64,000 nt of DNA from Octopus vulgaris (taxonomy: Eukaryota), in NCBI GenBank assembly GCA_951406725.2, contig OX597833.1:68758001-68822000 (forward strand). Direction: 5' to 3'. This document shows, piece after piece, positions 13,879-29,530 of this stretch. A program made the translations under genes and the position numbers. Numbering within the stretch: position 1 is the stretch's first letter; each line of letters starts with the position of its first letter. Under the pieces are notes generated by a model, which was given only the letters and a program-made list of their open reading frames with translations, made no database searches and was not told the origin of the DNA.

Positions 13879-15529
13879 TGTATTTTTTAAATCTCTATCC
13901 TAAGTGACTGAACCACAAACATGTGCTTGTCAAACGTTTCTACATTGGTTTGAAATAACCCGTTGCCTTTGTTGTGTCGTCGCAGAACAGTTCTGACGAA
14001 TCTGTCAAATGCCAATAATGCCAACGCGAGAACCATTCGTCAGTACTCTTGGAGCAGTGGCAGGTAGTGTGTGTGGCTATGTAAATTTCACTGTTTTCGC
14101 TGGGTACGGGTATCATTGTGTGCTGTAGTTTTCAAGTGTTGCTTCAATGGCAGTTGGAAAGACTGACTTACTGGAAGTATGATATTTTTTGGTGCCAATC
14201 TGTCGATGAATTTTGCTGTAAATTCTTTCAATGTGTTTTATTTTATTATGGAATGAGTTTAGTTGGAGATGGTTTCAATATGCGTCATGTTTTTTTTCGA
14301 GTTGACTCTTGATTTAGCGACGTCGTCTGTACGGATACTTCAGTTTGTTAAAATATCAAATTATGCCGCACAATTTTCCAAGTTGTCTTCCAGTTTTGGT
14401 CTTTATTTATAGCTTTTATCGATTGAATTGAATATCTACCCAACATTTAAAATTTAGAATTTCGTTTGACTTTAAAAAATTCCAGTCAAATAGTCAAGAT
14501 ACTAAAACAAAAAAAAATATTTTCTGAAATTTCCTAAAATGAAATATTTATGAAAGGAAAAAATATATGCTAGCTGTGGATTTGCTTAAATATTAAAGTA
14601 ACTTCAGTCTACACGCTCTTGTTTGAGGCTCATTGTCGGGAATATATATTTTTTTAATATCAAGAAACACTGCAAGAAACAAAAATTGCATCGAGGAAAT
14701 GTCACTAAAAATAATCTATTTAAATCTATTTTATCCAGTCTGTAGAAAGTTGAAGACTACAGTAATTTTATGGTTGTCTTTTTGTGGGTTCAAACGAGAG
14801 AATTACATTCACTGACAAAACTGCAACGGAAAACTTTCAAGAATTGAAAATCGTTGGCAGTGATTTTATGGTAGAAAACGAATCAGTCGTTTTGGTTTTG
14901 AAAAAAAAAATGGCAATTGCTAAACCATCTCTAATTATTGTTCATCAAGCATGTTTTTTGTATTGTAAAAAGAACGCATTTTCTATAACCAGTAATGACC
15001 GTTTGGTAAACTTTGGATAATGAACTGTTAGAAGAAATGTCACACAAATCGTTTATTGTAGTCATTCATGAAGTGAGTGATTCTCAGGTATAACGGAATT
15101 TGGTTCCTGTTAGTGCGAGAATCCCTGCTGATGAACATTACAGCTAACTAAATAAATAAATAATAAAAGCCAATTTGGAAAGCAAATTCAATGTACTTAG
15201 TGCTTGTCTCGTAGGTTACAACCAAAGTGACGTTTTAATAATTTCGTGTCCACCAAAGGTTTCTCGAAATCTTCAAAGGTCTGAAGGGTAATGTCTTCTA
15301 CCTCGTCAATGTTAGTCGCTTCCTTCATTCATCTCGAGCAGAATTTGAAGCAACGCCAATTAGAATAATTTGGCAAAAACTTGTGACGATGCACAGCGCA
15401 CAACTTTCTATTCGTTGTAGGATATTTTTCGTTTCCGGTGAAAAGACTTAGGACACTAGTTATGTTTTCCTCAGTTTCTCATAGAACAAATACAACGTTA
15501 GGCAATTTTAAAAAATTATCTTTTACTTT

Positions 15530-15757
15530 TTTCTTTACTACCCACAAGGGGCTAAACAGAAAGAACAAACAAGGACAAACAAACGGATTAAGTCTATTAC
15601 ATCGACCCCAGTGCGTAACTGGTACTTATCTAATCGACCACGAAAAGATGAAAGTCAAAGTCGACCTCGGCGGAATTTGAACCCAGAACGTAACGGCGGG
15701 CGAAATACGGCTACGCATTTCGCCCGGCGTGCTAACGTTTCTGCCAGCTCGCCGCTT
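15530..15757 (-). mobile_element. SINE family B copy
   Basis: Reverse complement of family B consensus. Confidence 0.85.
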
Positions 15758-16254
15758 TAACGTTATGCAATATTGTCGTTCGGTATACGCAGTCGAGACA
15801 GTATTCAAATTGAAATATTCGCCGCAGCATCATACTTAATATATACGCAGTATCAATAGGCTAATTACTGCGATAAATTTGTATTATGCTTCATGAATGG
15901 CTGTTATTGTTATTGTTTTCTTTATCTGTGAAATTGTTTCCACGTAGTTATGTGACATCGTCATGTGATCATCATTTGCTGGACTGCGAGTTACAAATAT
16001 AACGGGATAGTTTCATGTAATTACTAGTGATTTGATGCTTTTTCTCCGTGTGTAGAACGCCCGAGTTATTAAATGCTAGAGTGAGTTGTATTTTATGCTC
16101 ATTTGTGATTTCTCAACAAAGAAATGAGAGCATTGGTAGGTGCAGCATAACCTCTGTGTATAGAGGGATATATATTATTCAAAGGAATTCCAACTCTGTT
16201 CTTTATGTTTTATATATGTTCTTTATAATATTAATGTAGAATATAGAATATCTC

Positions 16255-16459
16255 TTTACTATTTTACTTGTTTCAGTCATTTGACTGCGGCCATGCTAGA
16301 GCACCGCCTTTAGTCGAGCAGATCGACCCCGGGACTTATTCTTTGTAAGCCCAGTACTTATTCTGTCAGTCTCTTTTGCCGAACCGCTAATTGACAGGGA
16401 CGTAAACACACCAGCATCGGTTGTCAAGCAATGCTAGGGGGACAAACACAGACACACAA

Positions 16460-16492
<33 letters not shown>

Positions 16493-16633
16493 CATATACA
16501 CGACGGGCTTCTTTCAGTTTCCATCTACCAAATCCACTCACAAGGCATTGGTCGGCCCGGGGTTATAGCAAAAGACACTTGCCCAAGATGCCACGCAGTG
16601 GGACTGAACCCGGAACCATGTGGTTGGTTAGCA
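16255..16633 (-). mobile_element. SINE family A copy (5' truncated)
   Basis: High identity to 1475-1873. Confidence 0.85.
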
Positions 16634-16763
16634 AGAAATAATACATATAGTAAAATGAAATGAAGTATTGATTGTCTTATTGAATAGATGAAATATTGAA
16701 TATCAAATATTAAGGGACTAGTATACTTTCTTGCATTAAAGCAGTCTTCAAGATCCTAGGTTG

Positions 16764-16810
<47 letters not shown>

Positions 16811-17124
16811 GGTGTGTGCGTCTGTGTGTTACAATAATACATTTCTGTTGTCTACGTTGCAAGTAACCTGTACATTGTTTTGAATCTGTTCACTTTCCGT
16901 ATATATTCATATACAGGTTTATGCAATCACTCCTCTATATTCGCATGCTTATGTTATGTAATATATCTACCCCTTAAAGTATATCTGTACATACATACGT
17001 GAATACAGGTGAGCACACACACACATGTATAAATGAATTCTTGCACACATTCAGACTTATGTTTGGAAATAGATGGATATATATATATATATGTAGATAC
17101 CGTTTTTTCAGGCGATAAGGAATC

Positions 17125-17451
17125 TATCTATCTATATATATATGTAGATATATAGATAGACATACAGACAGACAGACAAACACATAGATAGATAGACAGA
17201 CAGACAGACAAACACAGATAGACAGACAGACAGACAAACACAGATAGATAGACAGACAGACAGACAGACACATAGATAGATAGACAGGCAGACAGACAGA
17301 CACATAGATAGATAGGTACACACAGATATATAGACAGACACACAGATATATAGACAGACAGACAGACACAGATATATAGTTAGATAGATAGACAGACAGA
17401 CACAGATATATAGTTAGATAGACAGAAAGACAAAGATAGATAGATAGACAC

Positions 17452-17494
<43 letters not shown>
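17125..17494. repeat. (GACA)/(GATA) compound repeat
   Basis: Direct inspection. Confidence 0.95.
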
Positions 17495-17495
<1 letters not shown>

Positions 17496-18132
17496 TCAGG
17501 GATGTTTTAAGTATGCTTGTGCCGCTTTATGTCTGCTCGTACGATCGTAATGCTGTGCCTCCCTCCATCATTTGTTTATAAACGAATAAGGAATTATATA
17601 ATGAGGTTAGCCATTAGCGATGTTATGGAAGCTGTGTCTACGTCGCAGCTGCAATGTTTAGATTCATGGCTATGAGAAACGGAGCTAATATATACTAACC
17701 ATTTACCATAGTCTACTCTTACAACAACAACATTTCTCCTGAAGCCTATAATACTTTAGTTGTTTCCTCCACCAGATGGCATTATATATCTTTCTTACTA
17801 TTGATTTTTCCATCAACCAACACATCCCTTGTACAGTAATATGATTAGCTTTTGTTTTACTGTTTATTATAGTAGTTGTCCATTTATGTTAATAATTCTA
17901 ATTTTATATAGTAATAAGTTATATTTTACATTTATGACACTCTAGGCGTGATGTATTTTAACTTAATTTTCTCATTAGTCAGTCTAAAATGTAATTCTTA
18001 AAAAAAACATAAAAATTCCCTTACTTTAAGACACTGAGACACGAAATATTTTCATATTAATCTTTGCTACTTTAATCGTATTTCCATGGAGAAAATTAAA
18101 GAATGAAATGGTATTTTTGTTTGAATGAAATC

Positions 18133-18364
18133 TGTTTCTTTACTACCCACAAAGGGCTAAACACAGAGGGGACAAACAAGGACAGACATAGGTATTAAGT
18201 CGATTACATCGACCCCAGTGTATAACTGGTACTTAATTTATCGACCCCGAAAAGATGAAAGGCAAAGCCGACCTCGGCGGAATTTGAACTCAGAACGTAA
18301 CGGCAGACGATATACAGCTATGTATTTCGCCCGGCGTGCTAAAGATTCTGCCAGATTGCCGCCC
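18133..18364 (-). mobile_element. SINE family B copy with TSD
   Basis: Flanked by tttgaatgaaatc direct repeat. Confidence 0.85.
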
Positions 18365-19876
18365 TTTTTTTTTTTTTGAATGAAATCATGCTTGACATAG
18401 ATATCATTGTCACAAAGATATTACAATATTTTTTCCAGAGCATGATGAGATCAACTGTCTGCGTGTTAGCGATATTTTGTTAAAATCTGAAGTATCATTT
18501 GGATTATTTATTTCGAAGTAGATCATGCCTCCAAAATCTAATTTCATATATTACTAAGTCTCTTTTGAGAATGGCTCTGCTTGATCTGCTCTCTATACAG
18601 AAGAATTTAATAAGTTTCATGGTTTTTCGCTGAAATTTGGATTTGCCAACGATGATTTTAAGAATAAGGTAGTGTTGTTAGCCCGGATTGTTTGTCATAA
18701 AGTAACGTGTCCAACCCGACCATCCTCTTTTTCTCCAGACATAACCCTAAAGCTGCTTTACCCGATCATCATTCGATTTCTAATATCAGTTAAGGGAGTT
18801 TTAAGGCTGCTTTGTCAGTCATATCCAGCAAATTCAGAAAATATGGTGAGCGCTAAATGGTTTGCTTAAGAACAGTATTTGTATTTCGATTGTTGCGGTG
18901 AACTCTCTTTGGATTACTTAGTTCGTTTCAATATACTTTTTTATGGTTTCCCCTGAGAGTTCAAAGCAAAAATATCTACATTGTTGCAAACAACATATGA
19001 ATGCATCTAAAACATAATTAAAAAATATAAAATGAAATACGTTTATTTTCACAAACAACATATTTCTGTTTACACAAAAGCATTCTTTCAAAGAGCAAAT
19101 TCTTTCAAATAGTACAACTGAAAAAATTACATAATGTACTTCCAAAACACATGTAACGATAACACGGTGAAGGCTAGAAAATGTTTCATCGAACTTCAAT
19201 TTGGCCCAGCGTGGGCTTAGATAAGACAACAAACAATAGATTTACCATATTATATCATATTGTATCTTAATAATAGTCGTTAGCAAAACAGCAATCTACA
19301 TCCGTGTTACTGTTGCCGTTGTTCTTGTTGTTGCCATTGTTGCATAACTCCAAGGCAGCTTAGAACAGCAGTCATTTGTAGTAAATATTTCCAATTATCA
19401 ACATTTTACTTCCATTTTTTTAGATGATACACCAACAAATATTGCAGTAAGATTCTCGTTTAAAGTACAAGCAGGCTTCTATAGATAGTATATCAGGCAT
19501 TATTAGTTTCATAGCATACGTATGCACACAACACATTCACTTATTTATTGTATTGAATCTAAGCCACAGCACCATTATTTCCTTCACTAGTCTTATAGTC
19601 ATTCTGATAAAATTGAATTCATATATTGTGTCCTATAAATTCGCACGGAAGATACATGTCTGTAACGATATATATATATATATTTTCCATGGGAACTTAG
19701 TTCAATTTCAAAAGTCCACCAGAATGGATGAAAGCGCTGATATATATGTTATATGATGTATAAAAACATGTAATATACAAATAAATATCTGTAAACATAA
19801 AACCATCCGAATTTCTGAGTACCTCATTTGTTCTAATATAAAATACCTGTACATCATCTCCAAACCTTCTAATATA

Positions 19877-20327
<451 letters not shown>

Positions 20328-20705
20328 AATAAGGGTAGCATATTGACCGCCCACTTTTAGTGGTCGGTCCTTTGAATTTTGTGTATATATATATATATAT
20401 ATATGTTCAACAAAATTTAGATTCAGGTGAATATGGCACTTAAGTTAAAGGCACCAGAATTTTGTATGGTTTTATCCACATAAATCAAATGGGGTGATTA
20501 TAATCAGAATAAGCAACAAGGATATCCAAGGCAGAGTAGTACAATTGTTTCATGCTACTTTATTTTATTAAACACTGCAAGTATTACATCAGTTTTGAAA
20601 TGTCGAACAATCTTCAGCCACATAGGGAATTTTCCAATTAAACGGACAATGCACATTTTATCCCTATTTGTATTGCTCTACCGTGGATATCCTTCTTGCT
20701 TATTC

Positions 20706-20746
<41 letters not shown>

Positions 20747-21426
20747 GTACGCACCACACACGTAAGTTATATCGCTGGAATGATTCCCACAAAATTCTTC
20801 CTCTGAAGTACGTAAGAGAGTGCAAATGTCAGAACTACTGAACAAATTTATTAAAAGAGCTATGATTTCATATTTGGTCGTGAACGTAGCATAATTGAAT
20901 ACTGTGGAACTTCATAGATTTTTTTTCTAGCTACCGACTGGTTATCAAAATTAAGTTGTAACAAAACATTAAAAAAAATCGTATAGCAAATCATTGAATC
21001 ATTACAGAACATCTAATAAACGAACATAAAAAAAGTATATACTGTAGAAAAGTAGGAAGCGCGTAACAGATACTTTATTGCATCACGAATGAAGATAAGT
21101 TAAAATTAATAAAAAAAATAATTATAAATCATCTTTGCAGACAGTGGAAAACATTGTTATTTATGAATTCATTTATTTCTCTTCCATTGATTAGTAATTA
21201 TATCGGAAAAAGAAAAAAAAAGTGGTGATGAGTGGACGATCCGTTGGTTGTATCTTATAAGACTAGCACTCGCTAGTTCTTCAAAATTATTTTGAAAATA
21301 TATTAGACAGAGATGTTCATGTGAATCAAAGACTATTATTTCTAAACTAAGTTAGACTAGTTCGTATTATCTTACATGTATATTTATGAAGACTGTTAAG
21401 CACCAGTTCAATTCTGTGTGAGATCA

Positions 21427-21465
<39 letters not shown>

Positions 21466-21569
21466 TGCACACATATATCTATAAACATGTATATATATAT
21501 ATATATATACATATATTTACACACACATATATATATATATATATTATTTATATAAATATTATATATATG

Positions 21570-21610
<41 letters not shown>

Positions 21611-22049
21611 ATGTGTGTGCCATTTATTTCTTATCTTTTACTGGTTTCAGCGAATTCTTCCTTTAATTGGAGTAGTTTCTAGAAGATTTCTAAAGTTGCT
21701 TCTGCAGACTTTATTTCGGAGTTATTGGTGTAAATTAGCGTAGAAATTAAACGTTATATAAGTTCATTAAGTACATGATTTACCTTATTAAATGAAGTCC
21801 AGCAAGTTGGATTATATTTAACGTCAATGGAGGAGATTAGATGTTAATATGGATGACAATTTTTTTTTTCATTCATGTAGCTATGCAATCGTTTCATACA
21901 GAAAGACGAAATATTCATTATAAGAATCTGAGTTGTCAAAATAAGCAAAAAGACATGACTTCAAGAACAATAACCCATTATAAGAATGAGTAAGAACTCC
22001 ATACTTATGTAATCCTAACATATTTTCCACGTTTTCTTCTTACTTCTTA

Positions 22050-22436
22050 CGGGCGAAATGCTTAACTGTATTTCGTCTGTCGCTACGTTCTGAGTTCAAA
22101 TTCCGCCGAGGTCGACTTTGCCTTTCATCCTTTCGGAGTCGATTAAATAAGTACCAGTTACGCACTGGGGGTCGATGTAATCGACTTAATCCGTTTGTCT
22201 GTCCTTGTTTGTCTCTTCTTTGTTTATCCCTTTGTGGGTAGTAAAGAAATAGGTATTCCGTCTGCCGTTACGTTCTGAGTTCAAATTCCGCCGTGGTCGA
22301 CTTTGCCTTTCATCCTTTCGGGGTCGATTAAATAAGTACCAGTTACGCACTGGGGTCGATGTAATCGACTTAATCCGAGTGTCTATCCTTGTTTGTCCAT
22401 TCTGTGTTTAGCCCCTTGTGGGTAGTAAAGAAATAG
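22050..22436 (+). mobile_element. SINE family B tandem dimer
   Basis: Two body units joined at gtaaagaaatag|gtattccgtctgcc. Confidence 0.85.
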
Positions 22437-22484
22437 ATTACTGACGAGTTCTTTTTGAAAACTCAGATTCTTCAAATGTTGGTG

Positions 22485-22515
<31 letters not shown>

Positions 22516-22566
22516 AGACAAAGATGGTGGCTAACATATATTTTTATTGTTTTTTTTCTAATACAG

Positions 22567-22714
22567 GGTGGAGAGTTACCACAAAATGTTGACTTAGACG
22601 GAACTTCCCTGCTAATCAGCTCCGTCACCGATGAAGACGCCGGTCAATATGAATGTACTGCAGATAACGGTGTTGGAGTTCCTGTAAACGATTACATCCA
22701 AGTAGCTGTACACT
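22567..22714 (+). CDS. Exon D; C-terminal half of Ig2
   Basis: ttttctaatacag / gtaagt; GGELPQNVDLDGTSLLISSVTDEDAGQYECTADNGVGVPVNDYIQVAVH (DAGxYxCxAxNGVG); phase 0-1. Confidence 0.93.
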
Positions 22715-25173
22715 GTAAGTGAAATAGCCATTTATCTTTTCTATTAGCCTGTACCCGATTACGTCTGTGTATGTATGTGGCGTGTGTGTTTATGTATGTG
22801 GCGTGTGTCTGTGTGGTTTGAACGCGTTCGATCGGATATGACATTTTTATTTTATGTGAAGCTGCACTCCAACCCAAAATGTCAAACAGTCGATAGGTAG
22901 CTGGTCATATTTTGTGCAATAGTTTCCGGTTACAGTCAGTGTCACTCAGTCTATTCTTTGTGATGGATACAGAAAATGTTCTGGCTGTTGCCACTTTGAT
23001 ATCTTCTCTAATCATTTTCTTTTGATCTAGATTCATCTTTTTTTTTAGTTGAAAACCACATGGCATATGTTTGCTTTCAGATATCGTTGTGTCTCTTCGA
23101 TCAATTCCGAATGATTACCCAAGATAACATGGTGCCATTCCTTTTGATCTTATTGTCAAATGGATATCTATAAGAAGGCTTCACTCTGTTTACTTCTCAA
23201 TGTGCATGCTTCTAGTAGATAACATTTTAATGGTTGTTTTAAGATGGTTCTTTTACATTCTCAGTTGAGATTATGTAAAATAATATCGTTTTGTTTCTTC
23301 TTTTAATAAAATGTTGTCTTGTCATATATCCAGATATTTTCCGTTCTGAAATTTTTTAACCATTTATCACGGAAACGCAGGTATCTTCACAGATATTTTT
23401 CTCTTTGTATATTAAATCAATATTGAATGGTAGGAGAACTATCAGGGATTTAGAGTTCTATAAAATACTCGAATTATTTATATCGGCTTTTATATTCTGA
23501 GTTCAAATCCCGCGAAAGTTAATTTTATCTTCAAATTATTCGTACTCCTGAATTAAACTAAAAGTTTAGAACATCAGAGGGAGTATATTTCTTTAATTGC
23601 TCCGTTTCTTAAACTTCTGACTCCAAAGCTCTCCACGAGTTTTCTTTTGTAGTAGATTTAATTTAGTTTGCTTTAACACTTCCAGCTGGTCACTGAGTTC
23701 AGTTTGTCCGGAATATGCTGGCCAGCTCACCGGTTAATACGTAACGTTCACTCTGTTTCTTACCACTACTCTCGGAAGTCCTGAAGTAAATCATGGGAAA
23801 TTGTCCTACATCATATTTAACTGATTACAAATACACAAGTTTCATATATTATTTTCCCTAATAAATCCAAATCAAATTATAGCATGTTCAAAGCATTTAC
23901 TACGTACGTTTCTGGGCGATTTATCCAAGGGCAGAGGATTACGTGCATGGCACGGTATCTGAAATGCCTGTATTAGTGTTAGTATGCCTAATATAATAAT
24001 CAACTGCAAAACACTAAATGAAACTTTCTTCAGTATGAATAAATCAACGAAACCCCTTCCACGATAACATTATATAAAGCCTTACTATGATATAAGCCCA
24101 CATAAATGAATATGAGGATGGACATACTCAATAACATTTAGCATATGAAATTTAAAGTATCCACCAGGATTTTCTGCTGTATTCAACTTTATTTTTTGCC
24201 ATATATATATAAATATTTTCTGTCCATGGCCAGCGAAGCAGTTTCCAGAAATATCTACATAGTGTTCGTTGCTAAATGCAATTCTTGATTCACTGCAATA
24301 TCCACTCCTCGTTTTGAGCCTTTTCCCAAAATCTTTATCAATACAAAACTGACTCCGTTACAAAGCTCCGTCCGTATTTTGCTACGCTCTTTCCTCGTGG
24401 TTTCTGGCTAAAATACATCATAGTTCTTTCATTTCGAATTACATACTGAGTGATCACAATATGCAAAATTAACAATGATAGACATAAAGAAAACATTACT
24501 ATTTCCTTTCCTTACATGCAATCTAAAGCGGGACGCACAAAATACGAAAAGGTCAAAGTAGAAGAAACATAAAACCACACAAGGAAAAATATTATGTTCT
24601 AACCGCATACAGGTTTCAACAAAACATTTTTTCTATTAACGAATATATATATATATATATATATATATTCCCACAGAAATTCAGAGCTTTTTATTTACTC
24701 GGGGAATATGTACTATCGAAAAGTTTCTCAGGCACCAAATTAAATATATTGTATTATTGTAAACATACGTAAAAAGACGAAATAATAAAACAACAGTGTA
24801 CCCTTTAAAAGAAATATTCAATTTTTAATATGCAAAGACACCCACACACAAACGCACGTATTTATATATCTATGCATGTTAGTATATGTTTATATATAAA
24901 TTCAGGTATACGTGTATGCACATACATACATATATGTATACAAACATAGTTATGTCTAGGTATATATGCATATGCACAAATATATATATATGATTGATTG
25001 ATATTAGTTTCAGCTCATGAGCTGTGGCCATGCTGGGGCACCGCCATTAAATATATATATATATTCATATATATATAAAATATGATCAGAAATGACACAA
25101 AATAAGAGAGTATGAATACAAATGTTCCGTAATATTTGCACGAATATATCTATACTAAATGATTCCCTGCTTG

Positions 25174-26126
25174 TATATATATATATATATATATATACAA
25201 ACATACATATATAAATATATACATACATATACACACACACACATATATAAATATATACATACATATACACACACACACACACATATAAATATATACATAC
25301 ATACACACACACACACACATATAAATATATACATACATATACACACACACACACAAATATATACATACATATACACACACACACACACACAAATATATAC
25401 ATACATATACACACACACACACACACAAAATATATACATACATATACACACACACACACACAAATATATACATACATATACACACACACACACACACAAA
25501 TATATACATACATATACACACACACACACAAATATATACATACATATACACACACACACACACAAATATATACATACATATACACACACACACACACACA
25601 ATATATACATACATATATACACACACACACACACAAATATATACATACATATATACACACACACACACACATATATAGATATATACATACATATACACAC
25701 ACACACATATATAAATATATACATACATATACACACACACACACACATATATAAATATATACATACATATACACACACACACACATATATAAATATATAC
25801 ATACATATACATATATAAATATATACATACATATACATACATATACACACACACACACATATATAAATATATACATACATATACATATATAAATATATAC
25901 ATACATATACACACACACACACATATATAAATATATACATACATATACACACACACACACACCTATATAAATATATACATACATATACACACACACACAC
26001 CTATATAAATATATACATACATATACACACACACACACATATATAAATATATACATACATATACACACACACACATATATAAATATATACATACATACAC
26101 ACACACACATAAATATATACTTACAT

Positions 26127-26178
<52 letters not shown>

Positions 26179-26195
26179 GCATATATACATATATA
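25174..26195. repeat. Minisatellite of about 30-bp unit aaatatatacatacatata(ca)n
   Basis: Unit visibly repeated across 1 kb. Confidence 0.92.
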
Positions 26196-26266
26196 TAGGC
26201 TCGACGCGTAAAACACTTCCTATTCCTGAGCGTTATACTGATACATTTGTTTTTATCGTAAACTCT

Positions 26267-26305
<39 letters not shown>

Positions 26306-27722
26306 TATATATACATACATATGTGTGTGTCTACGTATTATAAGTAAAATTACATATATATTACGCACGCATGCACACACACACAGACACACATATCTAT
26401 GAACGTAGGTGCATATCTGTATGGAAACGCGCTCCTATTCACAATCGCCAGAAGATATATGGCAGACATTTAGTAGCGTTTATTTCTTCTCTTGACGTTG
26501 ATGACTCCCTCTGTTGTTTGTATGAAATTCCTCGATTTTACGCTTTACTTTCTTTCGCGTAAGATAATCACAGTACTTCTGAGGCGCAACCTTATAGATC
26601 CTTTATAGTTTCCATCTATCATCTCCAGTCAGATGTTTTCACTTGGCCGGCTTTGCAGAACTAGAGAAGATTAGGCACCCGATCGTGCATACCTGTTTGA
26701 AGAGAGTTTCTATGGAAATGGCCAAACTAATATTCTGTCAGAATTTATTACTTACATCAAAGATTGACGGGCAACGTGGTAGTTCTGGTTTGAACGTCGC
26801 GTAGATATAACGGATTTATTTTCAAGATTAACAAATGTGTAATCCATATACATTTTAATCTTAAGTCTTCAGAGTTTATATCAACTCCTACCAACACTGG
26901 GAGAATCGTTAATAGTTTTTGTATTGTTAGAAATTTACATTTTGATGCAATGTAAAAATCATTGTTAAGTTTAAATAAAGAATATATATATATATAAATA
27001 TATCCAGAAATTAGGGGATGGGCGAAGTTCAAGCGATTTCCTTAGTTGACGTCTATGCAATATTGTTTTCGAATATCAGAATGTAGATTAATTGTACACC
27101 CGTTAAGTATAAAAGGAGCACTTTTCCACTTCGAGGCATGTATATAAAATAAGCATGTTTAAAATTTTAACTTGAGGCATTTTTAAATATCTAAATTGAG
27201 GAACACAATATTCGTGTTACTGCTACGTTCGATTCGATGAATGACCACCATATCTTTTCATTTTCCTTGCGAAGTGAAGCAATTCTTAGAATAACTTTGC
27301 AGTATGATTCATAGCCAACTTATGCAATAAACGAACGATGGTTTTCGCCGCATAATGAGCGTTTCTATAATCAGATATATAAGCACATTCTAAATGTTAA
27401 GTTATCCTTTCAACAGCAATCCGGTTATTTCCATCTGTTTGGTAACATTTTATAACAGTAACACACACAGAGTCGGTTCAAATCAGCTAAGATGATTATA
27501 ATCACAAACGAATAAAATAATTAAGTTTCACAATCTGCCTTTATAAATTAATTTACTCTGCTATGTATTGAGTACCTTATTTACTGTGGTTAACCCCGAC
27601 TCAACCCGGGACCTACATATATATATATATATATACACGCACATACAGAGCCGCATACATATATATATTCATATATATTTACGGACATATGCAGACACAT
27701 ACGTCTCTCTCTATCTCTCTCT

Positions 27723-27774
<52 letters not shown>

Positions 27775-29530
27775 AGAGAGAGGCGTAGTGAAAAGGAGAT
27801 TAGTGTCAGAATGAAATCGGTTGCAGGTTAGCGTACCACATTTTTTCTACGTTGTTGTTTTTTCCCTCGTTACCGCTTCGAGCTGGTTGCATGAACATTT
27901 GTCTGTTAGGGTAATAAAATGCCGCGAAAAACATTATTTTCAATGTTATCTATGAGAGAAACATGTTTCAAACTGTAGGAGTTATTTTACTTTAATTAAT
28001 TCTCTTGCATATTGTCTGTCTGACAATATACTAATGATCAGGTGAGATAAATTAAATTCATTTTAATTTATCCCACCTGACCATTTCTCCGATTGTTGAT
28101 ACGCCATTGAAGCTGTAAAAATTTATCCTCCAATGAGAATTTATTAAATAAAATGATCCTAATTTAAAGAACAAAGTTAGCATTGAACGAACATTAAATT
28201 TGTTGCATGAGTTCATAACGTAATGTTTAATAAATAGTATTCGTTCACCGAAACGTACGCAACAATCATTTGACCTCTATCTTAATTAGAATAATTGTAA
28301 ATGATGTAATTATATATATATTGCGTTTCTTTGATAGTAATGTATGATACCATTTATAACAGTGGCCATGGATGATATATTTTTCCCTTCAAAATGTTCT
28401 CAGATAAATTATCTCCAATTTAAAAATGTAAAAAATAGATCTATGTTTAACATCACAGCGTAGAAAATATTTTCGTCCGATTCATTTATTGCTATTAGAT
28501 ATATCGATACTTTTGAACAGCAATTCATATTTTCCATGTAATTTAGCGACATAACATGAGTTGTTAATGGTAAAAAGCGGCAAGAAAAACCCTCTATGAA
28601 CTCAATGACATGGAAAGTAAAACATCTAAATAAACCAATATACAGTAATACAATATTTACATTTAATTTAAAGTTTACATGTTGAATAATAGCGTTTTTA
28701 TTTCAAAAGAAAACCTTATGATAAAATGGCCATTAATGTCATATGCGCTTCTCATTTGGTGGGTAGGGCGGAATCTCATTTTCTATCTCAAAGTCTTTTT
28801 CTATTTTTATGTACGTTATCTTTTATCACCATTTAGCATTTTATGAACGCGCAATAGCGCAAAAGTTTATAATCGAACCAGCTAAGACACAATATTAAAA
28901 CCCTAATTTAGCTCTGAATATGTTATTTGAAGCTATCGATTTGAACCTAGTATTAGCATCATAGGTGTGTTATTACTTTAATTTTCGGATATAAAGTTTT
29001 GAAGTGGGTGATGAGCAATATTGTGGCAAATAATATATCGATATTGGCGTGTTTCTTTTTCTGCATTTAAAGTTCATTTTCATTTTTCTCTTGGTAGTAT
29101 TTTTCCTGTGATAATATTTATTTCTGTAATCAAATTTTTAATGGAATATCATTAATAGAATGTTTTCCAAACTATACAACCCTATTATTTTACCACACGG
29201 TCTTAAAATGTATCCTCTGCAAAGACGCATAGAGTTAACCCCAGAATTGAAGTATATATACATAAGTCAATAAAATTAAAAGATAATTAAATTGCAGATA
29301 TTATATTAAATAGGCTAAAATATGATCATTTTATAAGGATTTCTATAATAAATTCACCCATTTCACATTCTCTCTCACCCTCTTTAAATATACATACATT
29401 GATATATGTATACGTATTTATGCATATATGTATATACAGAAGACACGTGAGATGCAGAGTTACTGGAGAGGTTACAGGAGAGGTGAAAAATATTTTTAAA
29501 AATATGACTCGAAAATAAGAACAATAATAT

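Noticed and set aside
19424-19446. Possible microexon (ttttttag|atgatacaccaacaaatattgca|gtaaga)
   Set aside because: 23 nt would frameshift between exons C and D; no supporting evidence
25010-26392. 460-aa ORF and the many similar YI/CV/HT-rich ORFs
   Set aside because: Translations of TA/CA microsatellites that lack stop codons; no domain signal
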